Numbered from the whole stretch's first letter, positions 28,596-38,608 are shown. The stretch is 63,996 nucleotides of DNA, filler included, from Bacteriovoracaceae bacterium (GCA_018649885.1; 7 parts of 7 records of this genome joined end to end with filler, not necessarily neighbours in it); one strand, 5' to 3'. Notes: generated by a model not told the origin, from the sequence alone. Program-made: numbers and translations.

Positions 28596-29381
28596 CTAAA
28601 TTAGAGGAAGTATCCTTTCAACAAACCAGCGGTAAGCAGCTTCAGGATTATAGTCTACATCACTTGGTAATAATGGTCTTATGTCATTTACAAATTTATC
28701 CTCTTTCATTTTTTCGGATAAGTTCTTTTCAATGTCAGATTTTGTTACCTTACTTTCAACTATATCTTCTAGCATTAAAAAATTATCTACAACCTTCGCC
28801 CAGTCGATAATCTCAATCTCTCTGGCCTGATATAAATCAAATAAATCTCTACCTTTTTCTCTCTGGTAAAGTGCTCGTATTTTTGTCCCAATCATCTCTT
28901 CAATACAGAACATTTTTATATTAGCTGACCCATTAAAGTATTCTGACTCAATGCTGTAGGGCATTTCAAATAGGTCTTCTTTGGGAAGTGTTTCTCTGCA
29001 ATTTATTTCTATTTTTATTTTTCTTTGGGTATTGACACAAGAATTATACCTAAAATATAAAGTTAGTGTTCTAAAGCTTGTATTTATTTTGATGGGTTTA
29101 CCCAGCATTGATTTTAACGCTTCTTTTACACTTGATATTATTTCTCCATTAGCTCCTTTTTCAAGTCGATTTAAATCTATATCTTCTGAGTATCTCAAAG
29201 CATTTGGAAAAATCAATTTGTGAAGCGCTGTTCCTCCGCGAAAAGCAAGTTTATCTTTTAGATTGGGATGATTAAAAATTTCAATTAAAGCTCGCGAAAT
29301 AATTAGATCTTGTTCGACCTGCTCATCTTGTGGCCAATTTGCAAATTTTCTCCAAGCAATTATAGTAGGTCTAGGTATCAT
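28596..29381 (-). CDS. abiEii: AbiEii/AbiGii nucleotidyltransferase toxin (type IV TA)
   Basis: QVEQDLIISRAL, LAFRGGTALHKL, RYSEDIDL, KIEIN, TKIRALYQREKGRDLFD motifs; TAATG coupling to abiEi. Confidence 0.92.
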   Translation of the reverse strand: MIPRPTIIAWRKFANWPQDEQVEQDLIISRALIEIFNHPNLKDKLAFRGGTALHKLIFPNALRYSEDIDLNRLEKGANGEIISSVKEALKSMLGKPIKINTSFRTLTLYFRYNSCVNTQRKIKIEINCRETLPKEDLFEMPYSIESEYFNGSANIKMFCIEEMIGTKIRALYQREKGRDLFDLYQAREIEIIDWAKVVDNFLMLEDIVESKVTKSDIEKNLSEKMKEDKFVNDIRPLLPSDVDYNPEAAYRWFVERILPLI

Positions 29382-30226
29382 TAGTCTGGCTCCACTTGAG
29401 TATTGATATAAAGCTTCCACTTCTCATCATACTTGAACTTACTTCTCTTTATTTTTTTATCATCTTTAATGGATGAAAGCATTGCTGGTGTATACTTTCT
29501 TTTCTCAAGGGGACTAAAAATATATTCTGCTTCCTTTTCGTATCCCAAGATTTTATCCAACATATAGCCTAATCTTTGCAAAGTCACATTTGGTATTTTC
29601 GGATCATGACACAGAGAAATCATTTTTCTACCATCCCATTTTTCGGCCAAGTCAGAAAGCACTGTTGCAACATTGTTAAAATAGCCGCATACCTGTGGGA
29701 ATCGAACCAAATCGATTGCTGTTAACTCTGGTGAGGAAATTAGATAATAACCTCCTACACTTGCAACTCTATCCACGCACTTTTCTGGGAAGGTAGTTCC
29801 CTTGGTTACAAATTCAATTCTTCCCCTTTTAAATGTAATAGAAGAGACCACTTTATCTGTTATCACTTGGTAGGCCATGCTTGCTTGGTGTGAAGCCCCC
29901 CAGTGCGCAGCTGCTGATAAAAGCCCTATGTAGTACTCCCTCCCAATAAACTTCATCATTGCATCTAAAAAATAAGAGGGATGTAGCTCACTTGATTCTG
30001 GGCCCAGTACAATGCCAAAACCTCTACGTAGCATCCTGATCCTTCCTTTTTTTGCAAGCCTTGATAAGGAGACAGAAATTGATTTTTCTTGGATTGTTAG
30101 ACCTGCTTGCCTAAGTTCGTCGACAGTAAAGTAATGCCTTCCCTGCGAGATGATCTCGTCAAGATAGTCACTAAGCCTAAGGGTATTTTTTATTTTTTTA
30201 GCCATATCAACATTTTTGTTAACCAT
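29381..30226 (-). CDS. abiEi: AbiEi antitoxin (type IV TA)
   Basis: N-terminal wHTH; YYIGLLSAAAHWGASHQ, SSPELTAIDL and QRLGYML motifs. Confidence 0.9.
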   Translation of the reverse strand: MVNKNVDMAKKIKNTLRLSDYLDEIISQGRHYFTVDELRQAGLTIQEKSISVSLSRLAKKGRIRMLRRGFGIVLGPESSELHPSYFLDAMMKFIGREYYIGLLSAAAHWGASHQASMAYQVITDKVVSSITFKRGRIEFVTKGTTFPEKCVDRVASVGGYYLISSPELTAIDLVRFPQVCGYFNNVATVLSDLAEKWDGRKMISLCHDPKIPNVTLQRLGYMLDKILGYEKEAEYIFSPLEKRKYTPAMLSSIKDDKKIKRSKFKYDEKWKLYINTQVEPD

Positions 30227-30587
30227 ATAATAAATATAATTTTAACTAAATTAACATATTAGTTTATTTAATTAAATAAGTAAAAAGAAGACATCTCTTT
30301 AAATTTAAATAGTTAACTATGATTTACTCGGCTTAAAGTTTCCTAATCTTTAAATTTCTTAGTTTGGAAATCTCCAAATGGTATCCTATCCTAAAATCAG
30401 TAAGTTAAAGACTTGGCTAGCGTATGTAACATACTGTTTTTACTTAACAGCAACCAAAAGTCAATCGTGCTACAGATAGCCTTTATAGAAAGGGCTACTT
30501 TCATATCTTTTCTAACCTAAAGTAGAAGAGCGTAAACAAGAGCAGCCCGATCAGTGAAATTAGGCCTGTTGAAGCAGGGCCAATCAG

Positions 30588-30727
30588 TGGTTTTAGCAGT
30601 CCAATAGTCACCCGGGTAAGTGCCATTTAACGGCCTAAAAGTCACCCACCTCACATTTTGATATGACACGAAGCTTAATAGCATCCCGTTGTATCGGAGG
30701 AGGAGTGATTAGTATGGATATGTATGA
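30588..30727 (+). mobile_element. Probable IS21-family left end with the start of istA, cut by the contig end
   Basis: Two direct subterminal repeats CAGTCCAATAGTCACCC / CGGCCTAAAAGTCACCC; GGAGGAGG RBS + GTG ISMDMY at 30705, similar to IstA N-termini. Confidence 0.55.
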
Positions 30728-30827
30728 NNNNNNNNNNNNNNNNNNNNNNNNNNNNNNNNNNNNNNNNNNNNTTAATTAATTAANNNNNNNNNNNNNNNNN
30801 NNNNNNNNNNNNNNNNNNNNNNNNNNN
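30728..30827. other. Artificial contig linker
   Basis: N44-TTAATTAATTAA-N44. Confidence 0.98.
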
Positions 30828-30828
30828 A

Positions 30829-31800
30829 GCAAAACTTCAAAATGTTTATATCACTGCCCGCGGAGGAAGATCTGGCAGAGCAGGCTACGGCGAAAGGGCC
30901 GGAAATGGATGCCGCTGCCAATACTACTCCTGGCGAGTGGCCTATAAGTGCGATAAAAACCGCGACGGCAAAAAAAATGAGACCTGCTACAACCGCTATC
31001 ACTGTACTAGTGGATCTAGAGGAAGAGACGGCTACACTGGCTCTCCTGGACGAAGTGGCAGCACTGGTGTGGTCACTATAATCAAATCAAGCACCGCCCT
31101 ACCAAGCGAAATGACTAGCTACTCAGCACAGGTTAAAAATATCGTGGGTCAGGATATTGAGCTTTCAAGACATCTGTGGAGCACCCACTCGGGCGCCAAT
31201 TCACTTCTTGCCCCTGGCTCCTACGTAACAGATAGTTACTACCGCTTTGATCAAACCATCAAAAAAAGTTTTATGGTGGATTGGAGCTCTAGAAGATCCC
31301 TTAGCGACTTCAGCCTAAGTGTCTACGCCAGCCTCGATAGTGCTAGGAACATTTCTTTGTCACTTCAAGGAGATGTGGTTTACAAGTTAGCTGAGCACAA
31401 TGATAGGGACCTCTACACTATAAAGATTGAAGAGATCTATAAAAAGAGTGAGCTTAGAAACTTCACAGTTGCCTCGCTCAGTGGACTCGGAACTAAAACA
31501 ACTCTCAGTATTGATGATCTCGCAGGCTATGGTGATCTAGGATCGCTCAAGGTAAATCTTGTTTTGAAAAAGAAGAAAGGCCTTAAAAAGAAGGATCTCT
31601 TTGAAGGAGTGGTTCCAGCTGACAAAATGAGCATCACAAAAAGTGGTCTTGTTATTGATGTGGGAGAGATTTCTTATAAGCCTGAAAAGTATTTTGATGA
31701 GGCAGGTGATAAGTACTATGTGGAAGTTGTGATCCGCAGGACTTGGGAGAGACAAACTGTAAAATATCAAAGTGGTGAATTAAAAATTTATCTTAAATAA
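30829..31800 (+). CDS. Collagen-like (Gly-X-Y) surface protein, 5'-partial
   Basis: Frame open from the contig start: GGRSGRAGYGERAGNGC...GSRGRDGYTGSPGRSGSTG, followed by beta-rich domains. Confidence 0.75.
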   Translation, partial: AKLQNVYITARGGRSGRAGYGERAGNGCRCQYYSWRVAYKCDKNRDGKKNETCYNRYHCTSGSRGRDGYTGSPGRSGSTGVVTIIKSSTALPSEMTSYSAQVKNIVGQDIELSRHLWSTHSGANSLLAPGSYVTDSYYRFDQTIKKSFMVDWSSRRSLSDFSLSVYASLDSARNISLSLQGDVVYKLAEHNDRDLYTIKIEEIYKKSELRNFTVASLSGLGTKTTLSIDDLAGYGDLGSLKVNLVLKKKKGLKKKDLFEGVVPADKMSITKSGLVIDVGEISYKPEKYFDEAGDKYYVEVVIRRTWERQTVKYQSGELKIYLK

Positions 31801-31807
31801 AAAAAAT

Positions 31808-31836
31808 GCCAGCTCTTCATTCAGAAAAGAGCTGGC
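31808..31836. terminator. Hairpin terminator
   Basis: GCCAGCTCTT-N9-AAGAGCTGGC immediately after the stop codon. Confidence 0.75.
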
Positions 31837-32047
31837 TTCTATCATTCATTTCTAGCATATTTACAATCAATTTTATTATCCACACCGTTAGTAAATCATC
31901 TCTCTATAACTTGATCAAATTTTCACGATATGGTCCAAGTCGTGGAAAAATTGGAGCTGTCAAAACTATTGACAGTGATGAAATTGTTTCATTATTGCCC
32001 AAACGCGTCCAAAAATTTTATAAAATGGACTGCACGAACATAAGGAG

Positions 32048-33526
32048 ATGTATTTGAAGATAAGTAGCCTATTCCCCCTTTTACTGCTTCTGACGGGTTG
32101 TTTTAACTCCTCGCTGATCGACCGAGCAGATAGGAAAAGGCATGACTATCATCATGAATTCAAGGCTGAGTTTGGTCTCAATTACTCTAAAATTGAAGGT
32201 GCACGAGATCCCTCAGAGGCAGAGTTATTAGTACTAGAAGAAGACTCTATCTTATTTGTAGGGCTCTATATTGCCAGAAAATTTTTGGAGCTTCCGGTGG
32301 AAAACCATTCTGAGATCAAAGATGTAGGATCAATTGGTATTTCTACAAAGGATAGTTGTCCACCTGAGAAACCATGTAAAAGAAGTAGAAAAATAATATT
32401 AGAAAAAATTAAAATAGCTAAGGCCGAAATTAAAAATGAAGATTTGACTTCATTTTTATTTTCACAATCTACAAATGAATGCCAAATCGTTGTGGAGGAA
32501 GATGTAAGTGAAATAGCTTCTTCTGATTCACCTTGTATATTCACAATGGGTCCTGCTAAGTACAAAACATTTCGCAAATATTTCCAGGGCATCTACTTTA
32601 ATAGTGCCAGACTTATTGGACATTACCCAAGAGTTGAAGCCTACGCAAAAAGACAAGAACAAGACGTCAGGGGATATCTTTATTTAAGCCAAATGGACCC
32701 TGCCGAAAGAGATCAACTCTTTGATCAGGCTTTTAGCGATATTGGAAAAATATTGCACAGAAAACGAAAACTTAAAACTCCAGCACCTGCTCCACATCCT
32801 CCGTGCACCAGAAGACAAAAAAGACGTGGCAAGTGCATTGAACCTCAAGTAGAGATCCCAGAAGAGCTGCCGCCTCTAGAATTAAACCTAACAGAAGCCG
32901 AAAGAGAAAAACTCTACAAGGCCTTGCAAGGAATGTGCTACAACGCCCATGCAATAAATTCAAAAAAATGTAAAATTGATAACATCAAAGTCATGTATGG
33001 GGGTTATCGAAGATTCTATAGAGATTTAGAAATGTATTCTGAATTTACCTATAAAGAATATTTCAACCCTAGAACAAGGCCCGATTGGGTTGATACCAGT
33101 TTAGCTGATGTGGGTATTATTAAAGTAAGAATTCAAACGATTGAAGATAGTGAAGTTTCTGATTTTGTTAAAGAGGCCATCGAGAGTTACTGGAAAACCG
33201 AAAACTATCAAACTATTATCGAATTTATAGATGACCCTGATGCACCAAGTGCAGTAGTCTCACTAATTCCAGACATCAACCCACACGCTAGCTACAAGGA
33301 CTCCACACTATTTCTCAATAGTGTAAGCTTCCAAACAGACCCATTCAATAAATTCATTATAGCTCATGAATTTGGACATCTTCTAGGGTTTCATGATTGT
33401 TATGTTGAGCTCTACGATACTAGTGCTGCCGAGTTTGTTTCTTATAGACTCGATCAAAATGATGTTATGTGTTCTAACTCTAAGGGTAGGGCTAATGATT
33501 CTCATTTTGAGTTTCTTTTAAAATAA
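32048..33526 (+). CDS. Zinc metalloprotease lipoprotein (metzincin-like), paralog 1
   Basis: Lipobox LTGC; AHEFGHLLGFHDCY; Met-turn NDVMCS. Confidence 0.8.
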   Translation: MYLKISSLFPLLLLLTGCFNSSLIDRADRKRHDYHHEFKAEFGLNYSKIEGARDPSEAELLVLEEDSILFVGLYIARKFLELPVENHSEIKDVGSIGISTKDSCPPEKPCKRSRKIILEKIKIAKAEIKNEDLTSFLFSQSTNECQIVVEEDVSEIASSDSPCIFTMGPAKYKTFRKYFQGIYFNSARLIGHYPRVEAYAKRQEQDVRGYLYLSQMDPAERDQLFDQAFSDIGKILHRKRKLKTPAPAPHPPCTRRQKRRGKCIEPQVEIPEELPPLELNLTEAEREKLYKALQGMCYNAHAINSKKCKIDNIKVMYGGYRRFYRDLEMYSEFTYKEYFNPRTRPDWVDTSLADVGIIKVRIQTIEDSEVSDFVKEAIESYWKTENYQTIIEFIDDPDAPSAVVSLIPDINPHASYKDSTLFLNSVSFQTDPFNKFIIAHEFGHLLGFHDCYVELYDTSAAEFVSYRLDQNDVMCSNSKGRANDSHFEFLLK

Positions 33527-33600
33527 ATAAAATTTAAATTTAAATTTACAGTTGTGCGTAAATCTTAGCAGAGCAAGAAGGCTGTAGTATTTCTTGTGTA

Positions 33601-34215
33601 GTGGTACATGCTATAGGCATTTGTCGCTCACGCCCCTGGAAATCTAAGTGGAGTATAGTGAGTTTTATAGAGGGGGCTTTTATAAAAATGAGAGATTTTT
33701 ATATGTAGGGGGTTTAATACTTCGTGGTACATGTTATGGAAAATTGTTGCTCACGCCCCTGGAAATTATTGTGGAGTATAGTGAGTTTTGTGGAAGGGGC
33801 TTATATCAAGACGAAGGTTTTTAGTTGTTAGTAGTCTTCTATTGATGTCTTGCTCTAGCTTGATTTAACTATTGTGGTAGTAAATGCTTTTATAAAAATG
33901 TGGTTTTGATTATCTGTAGGGGATTAATAGTTGGTGGTACATGTTAAGGCCAATTGTTGCTCTCGCCCCTGGAAATTTTTGTGGAGTATAGTCAGTTTTG
34001 TAGAGGGGGCTTATATCAAGGCGAAGGTTTTTAGATGTTAGTAGTCTTCTATTGATGTCTTGCTCTCGCTGGATTTACTTTCTGTGGTAGTAAATGCTTT
34101 TATAAAAATGTGATTGTTGTTGAATGTAGAGGATTAACACTTGGTGGTACATGTTATGATTATCCGTAGGGTTTTTTGTTTCTTGTGACCTTTAGTGAGT
34201 TTGGTGAAGAGGTTT
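33601..34215. repeat. Tandem array of long diverged repeats anchored by GTGGTACATG
   Basis: Units start at 33601, 33724, 33934 and 34144 (spacing 123, 210, 210); units 2 and 3 are about 85-90% identical by eye; unit 4 is degenerate. Confidence 0.9.
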
Positions 34216-34317
34216 CATGATTGCGAGTTGCTTTAAAGTGGTTGCTACATTAGTCTTTACGGTTTTCGCTTGAGATAAAACTTAATCTTTTTATTTAAAA
34301 AATGTGTTCAATTTGGT

Positions 34318-35207
34318 ATGTTACTTTCAATGAGGGAGGTAGCTTTGTCACTACGAAATTTATCAGATGAGAGACTAATTGCAAACACTAAGATCTGGAA
34401 TGAGAAAGAAGAATATTGTACTCGCCAGTTTTTGAGACATATTAATGAAGTCAACAGAAGAAGACTTTTTTGTGATAGTGGAACTGGGTCACTGTTTAAA
34501 TATATTCGTAAAAATTTTAATAAAAGTGATAGTGAGACCAGTAGAAGAATATTGGCGGCTAAAACATTAAGGCATGTTCCCATCGCTGACAAAGCGCTCG
34601 CCAACAAACAAGTAACACTTACAAACCTAGCAGAGCTTTCAAACTTAGTTAGTGGTATTAAAAGTAATAAAAAGAAAAATGAGATTCTTAAAAGCATTGT
34701 GGGTAAAACTCAAACCCAGACAAGAGAGCTTGTGGATGAGTTAAGTGGAAAGAAGCGGGCCACAAGACCCAGTCTCACTCAGATGGTAGTGTTCGAATTC
34801 ATCTCACTCTTGTGGGGCAAACAGCGAAGGACTATGAGTTCCTTAAAGAGCAGTTATCGAATAAAGGAATTTATCAGGCGGATGAAATCATCGGGTATGC
34901 CATTAGTAATGCTGCAGAGTCTATGAGAAAAAAGATTGTGGGTATAGGATCTAGAAAATCAAAAGTAATCAAAAAATCAAGGACCATCTCTGCGGCCATT
35001 AAAAAAGCGGTCATGACAAGATCAGGTAACAAGTGTGAAAATTGTAGTTCAAAATACAATCTTCACTTTGACCACATTGTCCCCTATAGCATTTCAGAAT
35101 CATCGGCGATTGGGAATGTGCGCCAGCTATGTTCAAATTGTAATACAAGAGCTGCCATAGTGATGCTTTCTCAGCAAAAGATGGATCTGTTTATAAATCA
35201 GAGTTAA
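34318..35207 (+). pseudogene. HNH endonuclease with a long helical N-terminal domain, split by a -1 frameshift (pseudogene, error or programmed shift)
   Basis: ORF 34318-34926 gives the N-domain (LSDERL..INEVNRRRLF..SLFKY..SETSRRI); the -1 frame, open from 34740, gives DGSVRIHLTL...SRTISAAIKKAV..R...KCENC...LHFDHIVP...NVRQLCSNCN. Confidence 0.8.
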
Positions 35208-35509
35208 GAATTGATAGGTTTCATTAAATTTTCTTTATGAATTCATGGTTGCAGTTGATAGATTGGGTGTTGTATCTGGCTTCTTGAGAGAGAAGTTCTT
35301 GGGTGCGCGCAGATGGGTTTTCTTCACTCAAGAAAATGTATTATTCATTGGGGTGAGACCTTGATCTTGATCATTGAATTTATATGAGTATTCAATCTTC
35401 AGTACACTTTCATACTATTAATTATCTGGAACAATCTTTAGCTTGGATATTATTTTTAATAAATGTATGATGCATCTTTGAGTTTGGAAAACAAAGAAAC
35501 GAGGCCTTT

Positions 35510-36256
35510 ATGAAATTTATGGAATACACAACCGAGTTAGTCGATGCTGTTAATGAGTGGGATGGCAAAGTTGAGGGACCCAGCGAAAAAAATAGAAAAG
35601 TTAATCGCCTCAGAGTCTATAAAAATAGCTTTGTTGAAAACTTCCTCGCAACATCACACGTATTAACTCCGGGATTAGTGTTTGGGCCGTTTATTTTATA
35701 CGGACTATACGAATCATTCCACGGTACAAGCGCTCAAATTATGACAAAGCTTGCGATCTTTGCTCTGGGTATCTTTGGATTCACTATCATTGAATATGTA
35801 ATTCATCGCTGGGGATTTCACTATAAGCCGGGGAAAGAATTTAATTCCAAGGTCATACTATTTCTTCTTCATGGCTATCATCATCAATTTCCCAACGATA
35901 AAACTAGACTTGTCGCCCCTCCATTGATGGCCTGGCCAATTGCTTTTGCCATTGGGCTCGGTTACTGGGCGATGTCAGGACCTGAATACTTTTGGACACT
36001 TTTTGGGGGAACTCTTGCGGGTTATCTCTTTTATGATTGGAGTCACTACTATACCCATCATGCCCGAAACCCTAAATTCTTCTATGGCAAGATGATCCGT
36101 AAGGCCCATATGATTCACCACTATAAGCTCTATCACCTCAATATGGGCATCTGTACCCCTTTGTGGGACCATGTTCTTGGCACCTCTGCCTGGACTGATG
36201 ACTTAGTAAAAGAGGCCATGGAAATGGCCCTAGAGCTGGAAAAAGTCCCCGAATAA
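35510..36256 (+). CDS. Fatty acid hydroxylase / sterol desaturase family (FA2H-like)
   Basis: His boxes EYVIHRWGFH, HGYHHQFP, YDWSHYYTHH, HMIHHY; PLWDHVLGT. Confidence 0.9.
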   Translation: MKFMEYTTELVDAVNEWDGKVEGPSEKNRKVNRLRVYKNSFVENFLATSHVLTPGLVFGPFILYGLYESFHGTSAQIMTKLAIFALGIFGFTIIEYVIHRWGFHYKPGKEFNSKVILFLLHGYHHQFPNDKTRLVAPPLMAWPIAFAIGLGYWAMSGPEYFWTLFGGTLAGYLFYDWSHYYTHHARNPKFFYGKMIRKAHMIHHYKLYHLNMGICTPLWDHVLGTSAWTDDLVKEAMEMALELEKVPE

Positions 36257-36428
36257 GTACAAACACGATCAATTAAAAACCTCCATTTCAGTGCCAAAAG
36301 GCTCCCAGATACCTAATTTCGAGGTGGTGCGCACGGCCCATTGTTTTACTACTTGCAGATTTGTCTTATTTTATTTTTAAATGAGGGTATGATTTTGTCG
36401 CCAATGACTAGAACAAAGGAGAGGTTCT

Positions 36429-37757
36429 ATGAAAGTTACAAATTTAATCCTACCAATCATCATTTTATTATCAACTTCATGTGGAAAGCTTTTGAAAGAA
36501 TCAGAAAGGGCCACACACGATGCTGAGAACTACGGTACTCACCTAAGCACTTCTTTTATGAATACAAAAGATGTGTCAGCTGATGACCTATATGAGCCAG
36601 AAGAATCGATGGTCTCTGAGGTTGGGGTATATGTTGGAAACCGTTACTATAAAATGCTTGAAGGAGATTCAAAGAGTTTTATCGAAACTATTACCAAAAA
36701 AGAAAAGCCTCAGGAAGACGAACGAACCTATGACAATCCAGGCTTTATAAGTCCCTTTCACACTAAGGCCTTAATAGAGGATTTCAAAAGTAAGTATGGA
36801 AAGCACTCTGAGTTGATCCAGTATCTATTTAGTAAAAGAAGTGAAGATCATACTTTTACAGTTCTTGATGATGCAGTAGATATTTCGTACTCACGGCGTG
36901 AAAAAGTCTTCTATATTAATAGCGATTTATTTTTAGAGCTCAATAAAGAAATTGAGCTGATCTATACAAGAAGCGGAAGATATCTTGGGCACATCCCCTA
37001 TTTGGCCTACTACAAAAAAAGGGCCGAGCTTGATCTTAGGGGCTATCTCCATTTTCAAAGCATGAGCTACGCAAAACTAGGTCGTCTATTTTACATGGCC
37101 ACTTATTATTCTCAGTGGATTGATGAAAATGATTATGAGCAAATGATCGTAGCATTCCAAAAAATGTGTATTAACTCAAATGGATTATATTCTAGTGAAT
37201 GTAGTAAAGAGAATATCGAAGGTGCTAGAAATTATTATTCACTTTACTACAAATGGCTGGAAGCTTCACGAGAAATTGAGAAAGAATTTTTAAAAATCCA
37301 CCACCCTCTTGAAGGACTCCAAGCTGAGCAGTTCTATGATAAAGAAGTCATTACAGTACTTGTAAAAAAACCAAGTGATGGTAAAATGGCCAGATTTCTT
37401 AAAGAATCTGTTGAGAAAGCATGGAACACTGATAAGTATGAGCTCAAAATTGAATGGAGCCATTCACATGATGCTAAAGTAAGCATCGAGTTTGTTGAGG
37501 AAGGCCCTCACCACGCGAACTTTAGGACCAGAGTTATTTCTATGAATAGAAAAACCTTTCAGTACGACGAGCTGACAGGGGTAATACTGGCCCACGAATT
37601 TGGGCACGTGCTTGGATTTAAAGACTGCTATCATGAATTTTGGGACAACGATGAAGACGGCTATGTTTTCTACAAAGTAGATGTAACCAATGTCATGTGC
37701 TCAAATGCAGGGGACGTTAAAGACTTTCACTTTGAACAGTTATTAAAAAATATGTAA
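36429..37757 (+). CDS. Zinc metalloprotease lipoprotein, paralog 2
   Basis: Lipobox STSC; AHEFGHVLGFKDCY; NVMCSN; shares R.LGH.P, D.RGYL and HFE.LLK with paralog 1. Confidence 0.82.
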   Translation: MKVTNLILPIIILLSTSCGKLLKESERATHDAENYGTHLSTSFMNTKDVSADDLYEPEESMVSEVGVYVGNRYYKMLEGDSKSFIETITKKEKPQEDERTYDNPGFISPFHTKALIEDFKSKYGKHSELIQYLFSKRSEDHTFTVLDDAVDISYSRREKVFYINSDLFLELNKEIELIYTRSGRYLGHIPYLAYYKKRAELDLRGYLHFQSMSYAKLGRLFYMATYYSQWIDENDYEQMIVAFQKMCINSNGLYSSECSKENIEGARNYYSLYYKWLEASREIEKEFLKIHHPLEGLQAEQFYDKEVITVLVKKPSDGKMARFLKESVEKAWNTDKYELKIEWSHSHDAKVSIEFVEEGPHHANFRTRVISMNRKTFQYDELTGVILAHEFGHVLGFKDCYHEFWDNDEDGYVFYKVDVTNVMCSNAGDVKDFHFEQLLKNM

Positions 37758-37844
37758 TTAATACAGACTACTACCGAATGTTCATGCATCGCGCAAACTC
37801 TCTGATATAGCTTCTGGATAGCTAATACAAACATTGGAGAGGTA

Positions 37845-38375
37845 ATGAAAAAGATTTTTGTTCTGCTCTTGGTGGCGGTAATCACCTATGCCTGCGGAAA
37901 AGACAACGCAGCCGTTGATCCAGCGACACAAGAAGGCACACAAGCTGGTAGTGTATCCCCTTTCAGCAACGACCCGGCACAAGGTCTTATTAACGGCGGC
38001 CAATTTATCATCGGCTCTAGTAGTGTCAGTAGTGTGCGAACCAGACAAGGTGAGCAAATGCTTGAGGTAAAACTCTACGATCACAGCATTACTGATCCTT
38101 GCAGTCCAAGGGCCAGGTCGGCCAGAAGAATCATTAAATTTAAAACCCACATGAAACCAACGACCTATCATCTCGGCGCAAATACGGGGAAGGGTATGAT
38201 TTATCGAGTTAGCTTTCTCAGCTACCCCAATGGATCTGTAGTCATTAAAAATACTGAAAAAGGTCGAATTAGAATTTCAACTGCAGATACAAGACTTGTT
38301 GTGGGAAGCATCTATGCACTGGGTGGTTCAAATTATACAGTTAATGGAAGATTTAACGCTCGTTTTTGCAGATAA
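37845..38375 (+). CDS. Hypothetical lipoprotein
   Basis: GAGG RBS; MKKIFVLLLVAVITYAC lipobox. Confidence 0.75.
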   Translation: MKKIFVLLLVAVITYACGKDNAAVDPATQEGTQAGSVSPFSNDPAQGLINGGQFIIGSSSVSSVRTRQGEQMLEVKLYDHSITDPCSPRARSARRIIKFKTHMKPTTYHLGANTGKGMIYRVSFLSYPNGSVVIKNTEKGRIRISTADTRLVVGSIYALGGSNYTVNGRFNARFCR

Positions 38376-38400
38376 AAAAAGGCCCGCATTTTAGCGGGCC
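38374..38400. terminator. Bidirectional terminator
   Basis: A7-GGCCCGC-ATTTTA-GCGGGCC between convergent genes. Confidence 0.8.
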
Positions 38401-38429
38401 CTAACTTTGTCGCACATGTCTGCACTATC

Positions 38430-38573
38430 TTAGTCATTAAAACCATTAGTAGGCAGTTTTAAATCACTTGTTTTAAATATTCCCTGCACTGACTTAACAG
38501 TCTTAGAGGCCGAAAAATAAAAACTTGTTAGTGAAATCGCAATAAGAGATGTCAAAATCTTTACTTGATCCAT
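38430..38573 (-). CDS. Unannotated 47-aa small protein
   Basis: AGGAGG RBS; MDQVKILTSLIAISLTSFYFSASKTVKSVQGIFKTSDLKLPTNGFND*; sigma54 box upstream and terminator downstream. Confidence 0.7.
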   Translation of the reverse strand: MDQVKILTSLIAISLTSFYFSASKTVKSVQGIFKTSDLKLPTNGFND

Positions 38574-38608
38574 GGGGCTTCCTCCTTAATAATTATGCAA
38601 AATTATAA

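Noticed and set aside
33601..34215. CRISPR array interpretation of the repeats
   Set aside because: Units are 123-210 bp and homologous along their length, with no unique spacers and no cas genes; kept as a non-CRISPR finding.
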